Positions 21,351 to 34,429 of a stretch of 64,000 bases of DNA are shown here, piece by piece. The position numbers were made by a program, and so were the translations under genes. The notes below the pieces were generated by a model that saw only the letters and a list, made by a program, of their open reading frames with translations, was not told where the DNA came from and searched no databases. The stretch comes from Rebecca billardiae RCC1528. Its lineage: Eukaryota > Protista > Haptophyta. The first letter of the stretch is position 1. Every line of letters starts with the position of its first letter. The stretch lies in contig OZ251233.1 in assembly GCA_965240325.2 (NCBI GenBank), forward strand, positions 1,984,001 to 2,048,000, read 5' to 3'.

Positions 21351-21809
21351 AGCGCGCCTGAGCCGGTGACACGCGTTGCTGACGACGACGCTTTCTACAT
21401 TTCCCTGCAGCAGCCCGCCGGCGGGCCGGGCTGCGACGTCGACTACACCCTCATCCGCTTCATCGACCTGAGCGCGCTAGGCGGCGCGCTCACTCTCCAA
21501 GCCCCTCTTCTGCAGCTGCGCGCCGCTAGGCCGGTGCGCGGCGACGTGTACTACGACCTCATCTTCATCCAGGCGCCCACGCGGGCGCCCGGGGGCGACA
21601 GCCGCGGCTGTCGCTTCCCGCAGCTGCACGCCGCTAGGTCGGCAGGCGGCGACATCGACTACGACCTCAGCCTCATCCAAGTGCTTCACCGGAAGGCGCT
21701 CGGCCGCGGCGGCATCTGCCGTCGCCGCCGCGTGCCCCAGGCCGAGGCGGTGCTCCATCCCGCCCCCGCTCCCGTAGGGGGGCAGGGCTGCGGGTGGCGC
21801 ACTGCCTGA
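21099..21809 (+). CDS. Possible small secreted repeat protein, or a rearranged pseudogene
   Basis: ATG 21099 (or 21285) gives the signal-like MLALSHKLLLISSLVAVRAVLA. The ORF contains three diverged 'QL.AAR..GGD.DYDL..IQ' modules. No family recognised. Confidence 0.3.
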   Translation: MLALSHKLLLISSLVAVRAVLADAGTRQTRGADDGDDHYYDDDVHARPRGLACAFPSCRDGEMLALSHKLLLISSLGRAVLADASAPEPVTRVADDDAFYISLQQPAGGPGCDVDYTLIRFIDLSALGGALTLQAPLLQLRAARPVRGDVYYDLIFIQAPTRAPGGDSRGCRFPQLHAARSAGGDIDYDLSLIQVLHRKALGRGGICRRRRVPQAEAVLHPAPAPVGGQGCGWRTA

Positions 21810-22508
21810 CCTGGTCGGAAGGCGCGGACGCATTCTATATGTGTCTGCTGCACTCTGAGCCTGACGCTTGCCCGTTGCATACCACGTCGTTAATAAATAT
21901 ACTGCTGCTATATATAGTCTTACTCAGAAATTAACGCGACTACTGAAATCAGAAATATACTATACGTAGTATAGTTATTACGCGACACGCCGACATTCGG
22001 CCCCACCGGGCGACACGCGACTCGTCTATACTGATCTGATGATGATGATGATGAGCAGGGAGCCGCCAGCGTCGGCGCGTCCAGCAGCCTGAGGTAGCGC
22101 GGGCGAGCTGGAAATGATGTAATGACGACATGATCATGCTGCATGCTGCGGATGAGTGAGACGCGCTGTGTGCGCGTCGCCGCTAAGCCGCCGCTCCGTC
22201 TGGAGCTGGAGGCGGTGGGACCGGGCGCCTGCGCGCCCGGCTCGGAGGAGGATGAGTACACGCTGGCACGCGCACAGCTGGGATGGCTCTGCTGCGCGGT
22301 GCTCGCTGCTCGGGCGACACGATGCGAGTGTCTTGCTTGGGTCTTGGGTCTTGGACTTCGGCCGCGCGGCTAGGTCGGCGCGCGCGTCCGCCGCGCGTCT
22401 CGGCCCCCGGCGGGTGGCGGCGCAGGGCCTGCGGCGGCCTGGCGGCCGTGCGCGGCGTGCGCGCGGCCGAGGCGCGCGCGCGCGCGTGGCGGCTGGCGGC
22501 TGGCGCGC

Positions 22509-25500
22509 CTAGTGCTGCTCGCCGAGCGAGAGCAACCCAGTGCCGCCGCCGCTCGCGGTCGACGCGTCGTCGGCGCCGCCGTCCGAGCGCTGGCTTCCGG
22601 CCGAGGTGCCGCCGCCCGCGCCCGCGGGCTGCGGCGGCTGTGAGCCCATGCACGAGCGCGCGACCGACTCGAAGAGCTTCTCGATCTCGGGCGCGGCGCG
22701 GATGAAGGGCTTGGACCAGAAGTGGTACCGCGGGTTCTTGATCAGCTCGATGAAGGTGATGAGCAGACCCCACGGGTGAGGCCGGTGCACGATCAGCCGC
22801 TCGACGAGCACGCGCGTGATCTGCTCCTGCAGCTGCGGGGCAGCGCGGCACGGCACACGGAGCGGAGCACGCGCACCAGGCCGGGCCGACCGGTGTGGGC
22901 GGAGGCAGCGGGCGCGCGAGGCGGGGGCATGGAGGGCGTGAGTGCACACACACACTCGCGCGCGCGCGCGCGCGCGAGAGAGGGCGAGCGTGCGAGACAC
23001 GCGGGATGAAGACTCTTCGGCTGTCGCCGCGCGCCCTCCACTCTCCCCGTCCGCCCCCGCGCGCGCACGCGACGCCCCGCGCGCCGCCGCCGCCGCCGCG
23101 CACGCACCGCCTCCTGGTTCGCCTCCTGGAACAGGAAGAGCAGCACGCACGAGAAGTAGTGCGTGTGGCTGTTCGGGTAGCGCAGCTGGTTGGCGAGCGC
23201 GTTCAGAAACGCGTACCGGCCCTCCGAGTCTAGGTCGCCCGCGAGCTGCGCGTAGATGTCCATCGGCGGCGAGTTGCCGATGGGCGAGGCGAGCTGCGGC
23301 CCCTTGGCCTGGAGCTGCGCGATGGCCTGCGCGCGCGCCGCCGCGCGGACGGCCGCGCGCGGACGGCCGTTTGGGCGCGTGAGCCGCGCCGCGCGGGGGC
23401 GGGCGCGCGCGCCGCTCGCCGCGCGCCGCGGCGGGCGCGCGCGCGCGCGCGCCCACACCTGCGCGCCGACGTGCAGCACGAGCGAGTTGAGCAGCGGGAG
23501 GTTGTACCGCAGCGCGCGCCCGCCCGCCTCCTGCGCTTGCTCGGCCGGCAGCAGCAGCCGGTGCCGCAGCTCGAGCAGCAGCGTGTACGGCGCGCGCGAC
23601 TGCAGGTAACCGTCCACGTCGGCGCGCAGCCCGCTCGCGTCGAGGGCGGCCGAGACGGCGGAGAGCGTGCGCGGCGGCTGCGTGATCTCCGGCAGGAGAT
23701 CGACCTTGAGGTTGGGCGTGAACGGGTCGGGCAGGCGCATCGTGCGAGGGAACGCTGCGCGCGCGCGCACGCGCACGCACACGCGCGGGAGAGCGAGGTG
23801 GAGGCGGAGGTGAGGGGCGGCGTGTGTGCGCGCGCACGCGAGCGCAGCCGCCGCGCGTGCTTAGCCCGCACGCCGTCCGAGCGCGCGGCCGGCGCTCGCT
23901 CTCAGTCCGCCGAGCCGCGGCGCTCGTGCGTGCGCAGTTGCGCGGGTGCGCGCGGGCGCGCGCGGAGCTGCGCACCCGAGAGGATGATGTTGCGCATCTG
24001 CACGCACGTGTGCGGGATGTGGTCGCACAGGCTGAAGTGGTAGTCGCACAGGAACTCGGGGAAGTCGTGCAACAGCACGAGCAGCACGCGCAGCAGACCG
24101 CGGTACAGCAGCCGCACCTGCGCGACGCACCGCCCGGAGCGTGCGTGCGTGAGTGAGTGGACGCGGGGCGGCGCTGCGGCGCTGCGGCGCTGCGGCGCTG
24201 CGGCGCGGCCGCACCGGCTCAGTGAGGTGCGCGTGCAGAAGGAACGGGTGGAGGAAGCGGAGCAGGTGCGCCAGCAGTCGCTGGAAGAGCACCCAGCCCT
24301 TCTGCCCCTTGGCGAGCAGCAGCTTGGGCATCAGCATGCGGTGCGAGGCGAGCTCGAGCCACGCGAACGCAAAGCCGGGCAGCCGCGCGGGCTGCAGCGC
24401 GTGCAGCGCGTTCGCGAACGCGGTGAGCACCTGGAAGTTGATGGAGTCGAGCGCGGGGTCGGCCCCGTTCAGGTCGTGTAGCCAGTTGCACAGCAGCCGA
24501 AAGTAGACGCGCTGGTTGAACGCGTGCGGCTCGTGCTCGTACGCGTGCAGCAGCACGCGCAGCACGGCGGCGAGCGCGCGGTGCAGCAGCGTGAGCCGCG
24601 TCGTCGCGGCGCCGCCCGGGCCCACGCCCTCCGAGTAGTACTTGACGAGGAGCGTGACGAGCTTTGAGAGCGCGTCCAACGGGCGCAGGTTGAGCTGCGG
24701 CCGCGAGCCGTCCGCGCCGTCCGCGCCGCCGCCGCCGGGCTCCTTCTCGTCGGCGCCGCTCGCTGTCGCCTGCACGGCCAGCTCGACGACGACGCGGAAG
24801 AAGTGGTCGCACGGCTCCGCGGCCTTGAGCCAGCCGCCCTGCGTGAGCATCGCCATGAAGGACGCGTATGCCTTGTCCGACTGCGCCGGCTGCGAGTACA
24901 CCGAGAGCCACTCGGACCAGAGGTAGCCCACGCGCTCGCGCACGTCGGCGGGCACGCGCGAGCGCGCGCCCTCCGCCTCGCCGCCGCCCTCCTCGCCGCC
25001 GCCGCCGCCGCCGCCGCCGGCCGCGCCGCCGCCGGCCGCGGCGGCGGCGGCGCCGGGCGCGGGCAGCTTGGGCGCGTGCGGCGGCGGCGGCGCCGAGCCG
25101 AGCGCGCGCACCTCCTCGATCGTCGCGCTCAGCCCCTCGAGCCCCGCGGGCGCGGGGCCGCCGAGCTGGCCCAGCCGCGCGCCCATCTTGGCGAGCGCGC
25201 CGAGCAGCTCCGCGGCCTCGTGCGTGCCGAGCGCGCGCTCGGCGAGCACACACGTGCGCACGATGTGCAGGCCGAGCGCGGCGGCGGGCTGCTGCGCGCG
25301 CCCGCCGCCCTCGATGAGCTTGGCGACGTGCGCGCACACCTCCGCCGCGGGCAGCAGCCCGGCGGAGAGCAGCGCGGGCGTCACGTCCGCGTGCAGCGTG
25401 CGCTCGTCGTCCGCGCTCAGCACGAGCTCGCCCAGCGCCTTGGGCACGCCCGCCCACGCCGAGTGCACGCGCGCGAGCGCGTGAACGTGGAGCTGCACCA

Positions 25501-26669
25501 GCAGTCGAGCGAGCGCGGGCGGCGACGCGCCCGCCGCCTCGTGCGCGCGCTTGAACAGCCGGTGCGCCAGCGCGCCGCCCGCCTCGTCGCGCGACGCGGC
25601 GTGCGTGACGAGCGGCGCCAGCGCGCGCAGCAGCTGCCCCAGCTCGTGATCGGCCGGCAGCGCCGAGAGCGAGGGAGGCTGGCCGAGGGCGCCAGAGTTG
25701 GCCGGCGCGCCCGGCCCGGCGCACAGCGCGCTCACCAGCCGCTCGAGTTGCGCGAGCAGCCCGCCGAAGCGCTCGAGCACGCGCGCGGTCGGCGCGCCAG
25801 CGCTGCCGCCGCCGCCGCCGCCGCCGCCGCCGCCCGGCTGCTGCGCGGCCGCGCCGGGCGGCGGCGGCGGCGGCGCGCCGTGCAAGCCGTGCTGCTCGGG
25901 CGAGCGCGGCGCGCCGCCGAGGCCCGCGGCGGGCTGCGTGAGCCGTGCGAACGCGTCGTACACGCGCGCCGCCGGCCGGTCGGCGGGCTGCCCCGCGCCC
26001 GCGGGCTGCGCGGGCCGCGGGCGCAGCACGTCCGGCAGCTGCGCCGGGTAGCGGCCCCCGACCTGCAGCGCGGCCGCGTCGTAGTAGGGCTGGCCCGGGC
26101 GCGTCTCGTGCGCCTTGCGCCGCGCGTCGAGCTGCGGCGCGATCGCGTCGTCCATGTCGCGCAGCGCGCGCTCCGTGGCGACGCGCTCGATCAGCGCGCA
26201 CCCGAGCTCGAGGTTGTCCGCGGCGACCGCCTGCGTCGCCTGCTCCACGAGATCGGCCGAGAGATTGGCGGCGGCGTGCTGCGGCGCCTGCAGCAGCGAG
26301 CGAAGGTGCGTGCCAATCGACACGCGGAGCGGCTCGCGGCACGTGACGAGCGCGAGGGAGGAGGCGAGCGCCTGCGCCATCTGCTGCGCCGCGCGGCGCA
26401 TCTCGCCCTCGTCCGGCTCGAGCGCGAAGTCCTTCGTCACCAGCTCGCGCGTCGTGATCGACGCGATCGTGACCGAGCGCTCCACGACAGGCGGCATGAT
26501 CTCCCGGAGCGCGCGCTCGAGCGCGGCGAGGGCGAGGCGCTTGAGGTGCGGCTGCGAGGAGAAGAGAGAGAGCGAGGGCGAGATGGAGACGAACGGGGCG
26601 AGCGCCTGCGCCAGCGCCGCCGACTCGGCAGACGCGCCGCTGCCGCCCGCACCGCCCGCGCCGCCGCCG

Positions 26670-26702
<33 letters not shown>

Positions 26703-28215
26703 CCGCCGCCCGCGCCGCCGCCCGCCGCGAGCGCGCCGAGCGCGGCGGCGAGCTGCGGCGACGCGAGCGCTGCGGCGGCGGCGGCGTGGCCGGCGGTGGG
26801 CTGCGGCGCGCTCGGCGGCGCGGGCTGCTGCTGCGGCTGCTGCGGCTGCGACAGCTGCGAGCCCGACGGCTGCCCGCCCTTGTCCGCGCACGCCGCCGCG
26901 CCGCCCGCGCCGCCGGCCGCGCCCAGCATGGCCGCCAGGTCAAAGTGGCCGCTTGGCCCGCCGCCGGGCAGCGGCGCCCCGCCGGCGGAGCCGCCCGCGG
27001 CGAGCTGCGGCGAGTGCGTGGCGGACGAGTCGACGGACGCGCCGCCCCGCCCCACGCCGTGCGCCATCAGCGCCGCCGCGTGCGCGCAGTGCGGCAGGTG
27101 CTCGTGCGAGAGACCCGCCGCACCCATCTCACGCCCGCGGTCGCCGCCTGGCACGACGTGCGCGCCTGGATGCACCGTCGTCGGCGCGCCGAATGCGCCG
27201 AGCGCGCCGAGCGCGCCGCCGGGCCGCGCGCCGGGCCCGCCGGCGGGCCCGCCGGGGGTGTGCGCGAACGGCGAGAAGCTCGGCGCCGCGTTGAGCACCG
27301 CCGCCTGCGACGAGCCCCCCCGGTTGGTGAAGTCGTAGTTGCCCGTGCGGTCGACCGCCACGCCCGCGAGCGACGCCGTCGGCCGGATGTCGGCAAGCTC
27401 GACGCCAATGGCTTTGCAGAGCACCTCGATCTCGAACTTGAGGTTGAGCTTGAGGTCGGGCACGTGGTACACCTCGACGAGCAGCGCGAGCAGCGCGGCG
27501 AGCCACGGGTTGGGCAGCCGGAACACGCTCGAGTGCCGGCTCGCGTCGAGGACCTTTGTGACAAACGGGATGACAGCGATCAGAAACCCCTTGGCGTACG
27601 CGTCCGACACGAGCCGCTTCAGGTCGAGCTGCCGCTGCAGCAGCGGCCGGTTGCGCCCGAGCGTGAGCATGCCGAGCCACGCGCCGAGGTTCTTGAGCAG
27701 CGAGCGCTCGCTCCACGACGTGCGGATCCGCGCGCTCTTGAGCAGCACCAGGATCGAGTCGAGCGTGCGGCGCAGCACCTCGCGCTCGAACTGGCGCGAG
27801 CCCATGCCGAGCAGCAGAGACAGGTAGGTCGGGTGGAAGTTGGACTCGGCGGCGACGCGCTTCACGACGAGCATGTGCGCGAACCACTCGAGCGCGGGCG
27901 TGTCGCGCCGCTCGACGAGCGCGCGCAGCGTGTTCGCCTTCACCCCCGTGTTCTCCGCGTTCAGGTTGTTCAGCTCGAACGAGCACTTGTCGCGCACCTC
28001 TTCGGAAGGCTGCGGCACCGGCGCGCGGCGCTCCGCCTCGACGAGAGGGTTGACGTCGGGGCGCGAGCCGAAGCCGTCGCCGCCGCCGAGCTCGGCGGCG
28101 GCGGCGGCGATCTCGGAGGAGGAGGGGAGCAGCGAGGTCGCCGACTTGGAGTGGCCCACGGGCGGCGGCTGCCCGTGCCCGAGCGCGCTGCCGCCGCCGC
28201 CGCCGCCGCTGAGCA

Positions 28216-28246
<31 letters not shown>

Positions 28247-28643
28247 GCCGGCGTGCGCGTGCGTCGCGACAGGCATCGAGAAGGATCGATGCGGCGAGAT
28301 GACGCTGGCGACGCCGCCGGGCGGGCTCGCGCCACTGCCGCCGCCGCCGCCACCACCACGGCCGAGCAGCCCGCCGAGCCCGGGCGCGCCGCCGCCGCCG
28401 CCGCCGGGCGCGCGCGCGCCGCCGCCGCCGCCGCCGCCGCCGCCGAGCGCGCCGCTCGCAGCGTGCGGCAGCTGGAAGGGCGGCGCCTCCGTGTTGACTC
28501 CGGGCGGCGGCGTGGGCGCGTGGCCGACGGAGCCGGGCGGCAGCTGGCGCGGCGACGAGCGCAACTCGCCGCCGCGCCCGCCCGGCGGCGTGCCCGCGAG
28601 CGGCGCCGCCGCCGGCCGCGGCGACGCGCTCGCCGAGCCGGCC

Positions 28644-28682
<39 letters not shown>

Positions 28683-29268
28683 GGCGCTGCGCCCTGCGGC
28701 GGCTGTGGCCCTCCGAGCAGGGAAGCGATGGCGGGGTCGAGCTCGGCGGGCGGCGCGCCGAGCGCGGGCGGCGGCACGGCGGGCGGCGCGCCGTCGCGCG
28801 CCGCCTCGATCATCCCGACCAGCTCGGCGTGCGCGCCGCGCAGCTGCCCCAGCGCCAGCAGCTGAGCGCAGTACTGAGGCCACTCGGGGACACGCCACCA
28901 AAACTGCGCGAGCGCGAGCACGCCAAAAGCAAACATCTTCGAGCCCGGCGGCTTGCGCAGCGCCTCGAGGACGTAGCGCAGGAACATGCCCAGCGTGATC
29001 GACGCGACCAGCTCGTGCTGGATCAGCATGCCGAACAGCAGCGCCGTCGTGCGCAGGAACCGGTCCGGGTACTTTGGGAAGAAGCGATATTCCTCGAACA
29101 GGTTGTGCACCACGCACGCGTACACACCCTGCGCGCGCCCGTCGGACGCGGAGCCCTTGAGGGCGGAGAGGTGCGCGACGAGCTGCTCGACGCGCATGTC
29201 GCCCGTGTACACGCGCTGGAAGTACCCGTTCGCCTCCGCCTCGATGTCCGCGGGGAAGCCGTCCGCCG

Positions 29269-29300
<32 letters not shown>

Positions 29301-32300
29301 GGCAGTGCGGCGAGGGCGCCCAGCCCGCTGCCGACAGTCTGCGGCGCGGGCTGCGGCGCGGGGCCCGGCGCGAGCTGGTGCGGCGCGGCCGAGCCGCCCG
29401 CGGACGACGGCGGCGCCGGCGCCGCGCCCGAGCTGTGCATCAGCCCGGACGGCGGCACGTGCTCCACCGAGCCGCCGTGCAGCGCACCAGACGACATGAG
29501 AGGCGAGCTGCACTCGGCGCTGCCGCCGCCGCCGACGCAGCACACGCCCGGCGGCGCGGCGGCACCCATACCGATGGAGGCGCCGACGGCGTGGGCGCGG
29601 GTGAGCTCGTCGGCGGCGGGGAGGCCGGGCGGCGGCTTGCTCAGCGAGTCGTCGCGCAGCGCGTCGAGCAGCGCCTGCCCGCCCACGGCGACGCCGGAGC
29701 CGACGGCCGAAGGCGGCGCGCCGCCCAGCACGGCGCCGCCGCCCGCCGCCGCGGCCGCGCCGAGCGCAGATGTGGCCACGGCGGTCGCGGCGGCGGCGGC
29801 GGCGGCGGCGGTCGCGCCGCCCGGCGTGTACTGCAGCAGCCGCGCGACCTGCGGGTGCGCCGTCACCGCCGCCGCGCACAGCTCGTCCAGCGCCGCCGCG
29901 TCCACGCCGGACGCGTCCGCCTCCGCGCCGCCGCGCGCCGCGCCGCCGCCAACGCCGCCGCCGCCGCCGCCGGGCGCACGCGCCGCCGAGTGCGCGCCGA
30001 GCGCCGAGAGAATGGCGCCGAGGGCGTCGATGTCGACGGCGTCGGGCCGCGCGAGCTGCGCGCGGACGAAGCCGACGCACGCGCGCGCGAACGGCGCCCC
30101 GCGCGCCCCCAGCGCCTCGCCCAGCCACGGCCCAAGCGCCAGACCGTCCCGGCGCGCCGCGACCGCCGCCATGTGCACGGCCAACGCCGGCCGATCCGCG
30201 TCGCCGAGCGCGTCGACGAGCGCGCCGTGGCGGCTGAGGAGCTCGTGCGCGCGCTCGTCGGCGCCCGCGCCCGCCATCGCGTCGAGGAGCGCGCCGCGCG
30301 CGCGCGGGCCCGCGCGGAGCACCGCGCTCACCGCCGCGCCGCCCGCCGCGCCGCCCGCGTCCGCCCAACGCCCGCCATCCGCCGCGACCAGCGCGCCCAG
30401 CGACTCAAGAGCAAAGAGGCGCGCGGCGCGCGGCGGCGCGGCGGCGACCTCGGCGAGGGCGCAGGCGAGGACGGGCGCGCAGAGCCGCGCGGGCGCGCCG
30501 CCGCCCGCGTTGAGCAGCGCGCGCACCTCCGACGCGTGCCCCGCGCCCGCCGCGCGCGCCGCCGCGCGCGCCAGCTCGACGCAGCGCCAGCGAGCCGCGG
30601 CGCGCGCGTCGGCGCACGCGCCCAGCAGCGCGGCGCGGCCGGCGGCGGAGTCGTCGCCGACGGGCACGGCGAGCGCGCCGGGCGCGGCGGCGGGGTCGGC
30701 GAGCTCGGCGGAGCGCAGCGCGGCGCGCAGCGTGCGCAGCAGGCCCGCGCCCGCCGGCGCGGCCGCGAGCAGCCTGTGTAGTGGGAATGGCGCCCCTGCC
30801 TTGCCCGACGCGTGCGCGTGCGCGCCCACAAGCAAGCCAAGCGCCGCGTCGTCTGCCGCGTCCGCGGCCGCGTCGCCCGCGTCGGCGGCGCGCGCGGGCA
30901 GCACGCCGGAGGGCTCGGCGCCGAGCGCGCTCACCACCGCGTCCCAGTCCAGCGCGGGCACGAGCTGTCGCACAACGTCGACGAACACGCGCGCATCCCA
31001 CGACGCAACGCCGCCGCCGCCGCCGCCACCGAGGGCGCCAGAGCGCGCGGCCGCGGCGCCAGCGGCTGCGCCGCCGCTGCCGCTGGCACCGGCCTTGTCG
31101 GCGAGGTTGCCCGCGGGCTGGCCGAGGATCACCTCGCCCGACACGGCGGCGACGAACGCCGCGTGCAGCGCGCCGCCGTCCGCGCTGCCGCCGCCGCCCT
31201 GCGCGCGCGCCATCATTGCCAGAGCGGCCGCCACGCCCGCGGGGCCAAGGTGCGCCGCGGGCTCGAAGCGCGAGACGACCTCGGCGAGCGCGGCGTGCGA
31301 GGCGGTGGCGGCGGGGCCGAGGTCGTGGAGCACGTCGGCCAGCGTGACCAGCTCCACCGCGCTCCCTGCCGCCGTCGCGGGCGTCAGAGCCAGCTCAGCC
31401 GAGCGCGGCGCCGCGCCCGCGCCCCCGGCGAGCGTGGCGGCGCGCGCGTCCGCCGCCGACAGCGGGCCGGCGCTGCCGCCGCGGCGCGCGTTGTACTCCT
31501 TGGCGGGCGCGTCGTGGAGCAGCGGCATGAGGTGCAGCGGGCACGCGTCCGCGGGGAACGCCGCGCCCAGCGCCGCGAGCAGCGGCGCCCGAAGCTTCGC
31601 CAGCCCGTCCTCAGACAGCGCGTGCTGCGCGAGCGCGTGCGCGTCCGACGTGCTGAGCAAAGGCGGCGCGCCGCCATCGGCCTTGGCGACGAGCTCGGCG
31701 ACGCGCAGGCCGAGGAGGCGCGAGGCTGCGCGGCGGCGCGGCGCGGCGCGGCGCGCGGCGCGCGGCGCGCGCGAGCGCGTCGGCGCCGGCCGGCCGGGCG
31801 GGTGTGCGCGTGTGTGTGTGCCGGCGGCGCGAGCGCGGCGCGCGGCGCGGGGCGCGCGGCGCGCGCGCACCCTCGGCGCGCGTGGAGGTCGAGGCCGCGC
31901 GCGAGAGCGCGATCAGCGCGCGCAGCTCGTGCGCGCCCGTCAGCCGCGCCGCCGCGCACAGCGCGCCGAGCCACTCCTCAGAGAAGCCGCCGCCCGCAGC
32001 GGCCGCGCCCTCCAGCACTTCCATGGCTGCCGACGCGGCGCGGCCCGAGGCAAGGAGCTTGGCGAGCGCGCGGCCGAGCAGGGCGGCGCGCGCGCTGCCG
32101 CCGGACTCCTTCGCCTGCCGCGCCTCCGCGCGCACGTCCAGCCCGTCCAGCAGGCAGCGCAGCTCGTGCACGAACGCATCCTCGCCGTAGAGGGCCACCA
32201 GCTGCCGACGGAAGCGGCCGCGGCGCGCGCGGTCGGCGCGGGGACGGCGCGGAGGGCGGGGCCCGCGGGGGCGGGCGGGCGGGCGGCGTGTGGGTGGGTA

Positions 32301-32535
32301 GGCGCGCCCGACGCGCGCGCAGCGCAGCGCGGCGCAGAGGACCAGCCGCGTTGCGCGGCGCGGCGAGCGGCGCGGGCGGCCGCCGCCGGGCTGCTGCAAG
32401 GCGCGCGCGGTCGGCGCAGGCGCGCGCCGCGCGCACGTGCTCGAGCTCCTCCTCGGTGGAGGCGAGGTTCTTCTTGGACACCTTTGAACACAGGTAGCGC
32501 ACCTGCGCGTACACTATGGAGGCGAAGGCGACCAT
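22509..32535 (-). CDS. CNOT1: CCR4-NOT complex subunit 1 (Not1/CNOT1), ~2973 aa, 7 exons
   Basis: Exons 32535-32437, 32201-31871, 31725-24215, 24117-23976, 23754-23459, 23326-23108, 22832-22509. The spliced length is divisible by 3. Hallmarks: [123 protein letters not shown]. Confidence 0.96.
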
Positions 32536-32745
32536 GTCGCCGTGGCGCCGCGCGGCGCGCAGGGTGGCGGCCCCTGTCGCTGGAGCCCTCCCCTGCTGTC
32601 TCGATCGGCGTGCCCGTCTGCGGCGATCCGGACCGGCTGGCGCGCCGCGCGCGTGCCGCCCGGACGGAAGGCTTCGAAGCGGAGAACGCCCGTCCTCAGC
32701 GATTTCGCCAAGGCTGCGTGGCGTGCCATCGCTCGTCGGTGCCTG

Positions 32746-33312
32746 ATGACGGCTGGATTGATGCGGCTGGCGGCCCTCGCGGCGCTGGCGGTGGCGGTGG
32801 TGCCGACGGCGGCGCTGTCGGCGGCGCGCACTTCCCTCCCGCTCGCCCAACGAGCACCGCTCGCCGCGCGCAGCGCCGTCGCCATGGGCGGCAAGAAGGT
32901 CGCGCGCGTCATTAAGCTCGCGCTGCCGGCCGGCAAGGCCAACCCGGCGCCGCCGGTGGGCCCGGCGCTCGGCGCGGCCGGCGTGAACATTGTGGTGTTC
33001 TGTAAGGAGTATAACGCCAGGACACAGGACCAGGCAGGCATGATCATCCCCGCCGAGATCACCGTGTACGAGGACCGCTCGTTCACGTTCACGCTCAAGA
33101 CGCCGCCCGCGTCCGTGCTGCTCACCAAGTACGCCAAGATCCAGAAGGGGTCGGCGATGCCGCAGAAGGACAAGGTGGGCTCGGTCACGAAGGCCGACCT
33201 CGAGGAGATTGCCAAGATCAAGCTCCCCGACCTCAACACCAACGACGTCGCGCAGGCGATGAAGATCGTCGAGGGCACCGCGCGCAACATGGGCATCACC
33301 GTCAGCGACTGA
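32746..33312 (+). CDS. rpl11: Nucleus-encoded plastid 50S ribosomal protein L11 (uL11c) with bipartite leader
   Basis: [40 protein letters not shown]...[22 protein letters not shown]...KLPDLN...GTARNMGI (cyanobacterial/plastid type). Signal peptide [18 protein letters not shown] plus transit-like segment. Start at 32746 or 32761. Confidence 0.95.
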   Translation: MTAGLMRLAALAALAVAVVPTAALSAARTSLPLAQRAPLAARSAVAMGGKKVARVIKLALPAGKANPAPPVGPALGAAGVNIVVFCKEYNARTQDQAGMIIPAEITVYEDRSFTFTLKTPPASVLLTKYAKIQKGSAMPQKDKVGSVTKADLEEIAKIKLPDLNTNDVAQAMKIVEGTARNMGITVSD

Positions 33313-34429
33313 GACCGGGGGCGTGTGGCGCGGAGCGGAGCGGCCTGCGCTGCGCGCGCGCGCGCAGGGCGCTGCAGACCGTGGTGTACGACCCGCACGG
33401 CCACCACGCCGCGCGTCGACCGCCGACCCGGCTCTCGCCGCGCCGCCTCGCTCGGGAGCGGCCCCGTCGCCGACGCGTCCGCCTGTGGGTGGGTGCCTGC
33501 GAGCTGGTCAGCGCGGGGGGGAGGGGTCCGGGCACAAGCCCGCAGGCGCTCGTCGTCGAGGCAGCCGGGATCGTGTCGGCGCTGGCAAGCTTGCGACTTT
33601 CAGCCCGTGACTCTCAGCCCGTGGCAGTCGGAATCGTCTCACCGGCAGCAGTCGCGGCGGGCCGCGCGTGTGGCTTGCGGGCTGGCATCGCACCCGGTGC
33701 GGCGCTGGGAGTCGGCTCACGTCACTCTCGACAGGCGTCGGACTCTGCAGGACGAGTTACGAAGGACAGACAGGCTGCAGTACCGCAGTGACATCCGCAT
33801 TATTGACAGCGCGCTGCTGATATGGCTATACCTGCGGCTCGCTCACTTACTCCATCGTCACGGATTAGGATAGTTAAAGTTTAATTTACGCTATCTACTT
33901 ATATATATATATATAATATAGGTATATATATATTATACAGAGTATTATAACGCGTACCATCATCAGCAGCGGATCGGCAGCCATGACACAATGCTGACTG
34001 CCTCGCAGCTGGTCGCAGCCGAGCCGAGCTCGCAGCGCGGTCGTCGAGTCGTCGACGTCGTGAGTTCGCGCGGCGGACCGGGCCGCGGGACGCGCGCGCC
34101 GCCGTCGCGCCGCGCGTGGCTCACTTCGACCGATTATTTGCAGCCGTGCAGCAGCGCCCGTCTGTCACCCATGACTGTATGGTGGCGGTCGACGTCGACG
34201 TCGCCGACGACGTCGTGCGGCCCGGGCACGTTGTGGGCGTGGCCGCGCCGTAGGCCCTCCCTCGTAGCCCTCGAATCGGGCTCAGCCTCGCCGTCCGGGC
34301 TCACACTAGTGGAGGCTCCAGGCGTCCGGTCCGGCCCGTCGCAAGAACCGTTGAGTGAGTTGGCGGCCAAGAACCGTGAACGAACCGGCCCGGTCGTTGG
34401 GCAACGGCCTCATCCCACTCACGCATCCG

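Noticed and set aside
24803-30781. 1992-aa plus-strand ORF, and similar long ORFs at 28986-32915, 11270-14080, 50097-52634 and 17769-19346
   Set aside because: They are antisense or shifted shadows of well-supported genes. Extreme GC content suppresses stop codons, and the translations are Arg/Ala/Gly low-complexity.
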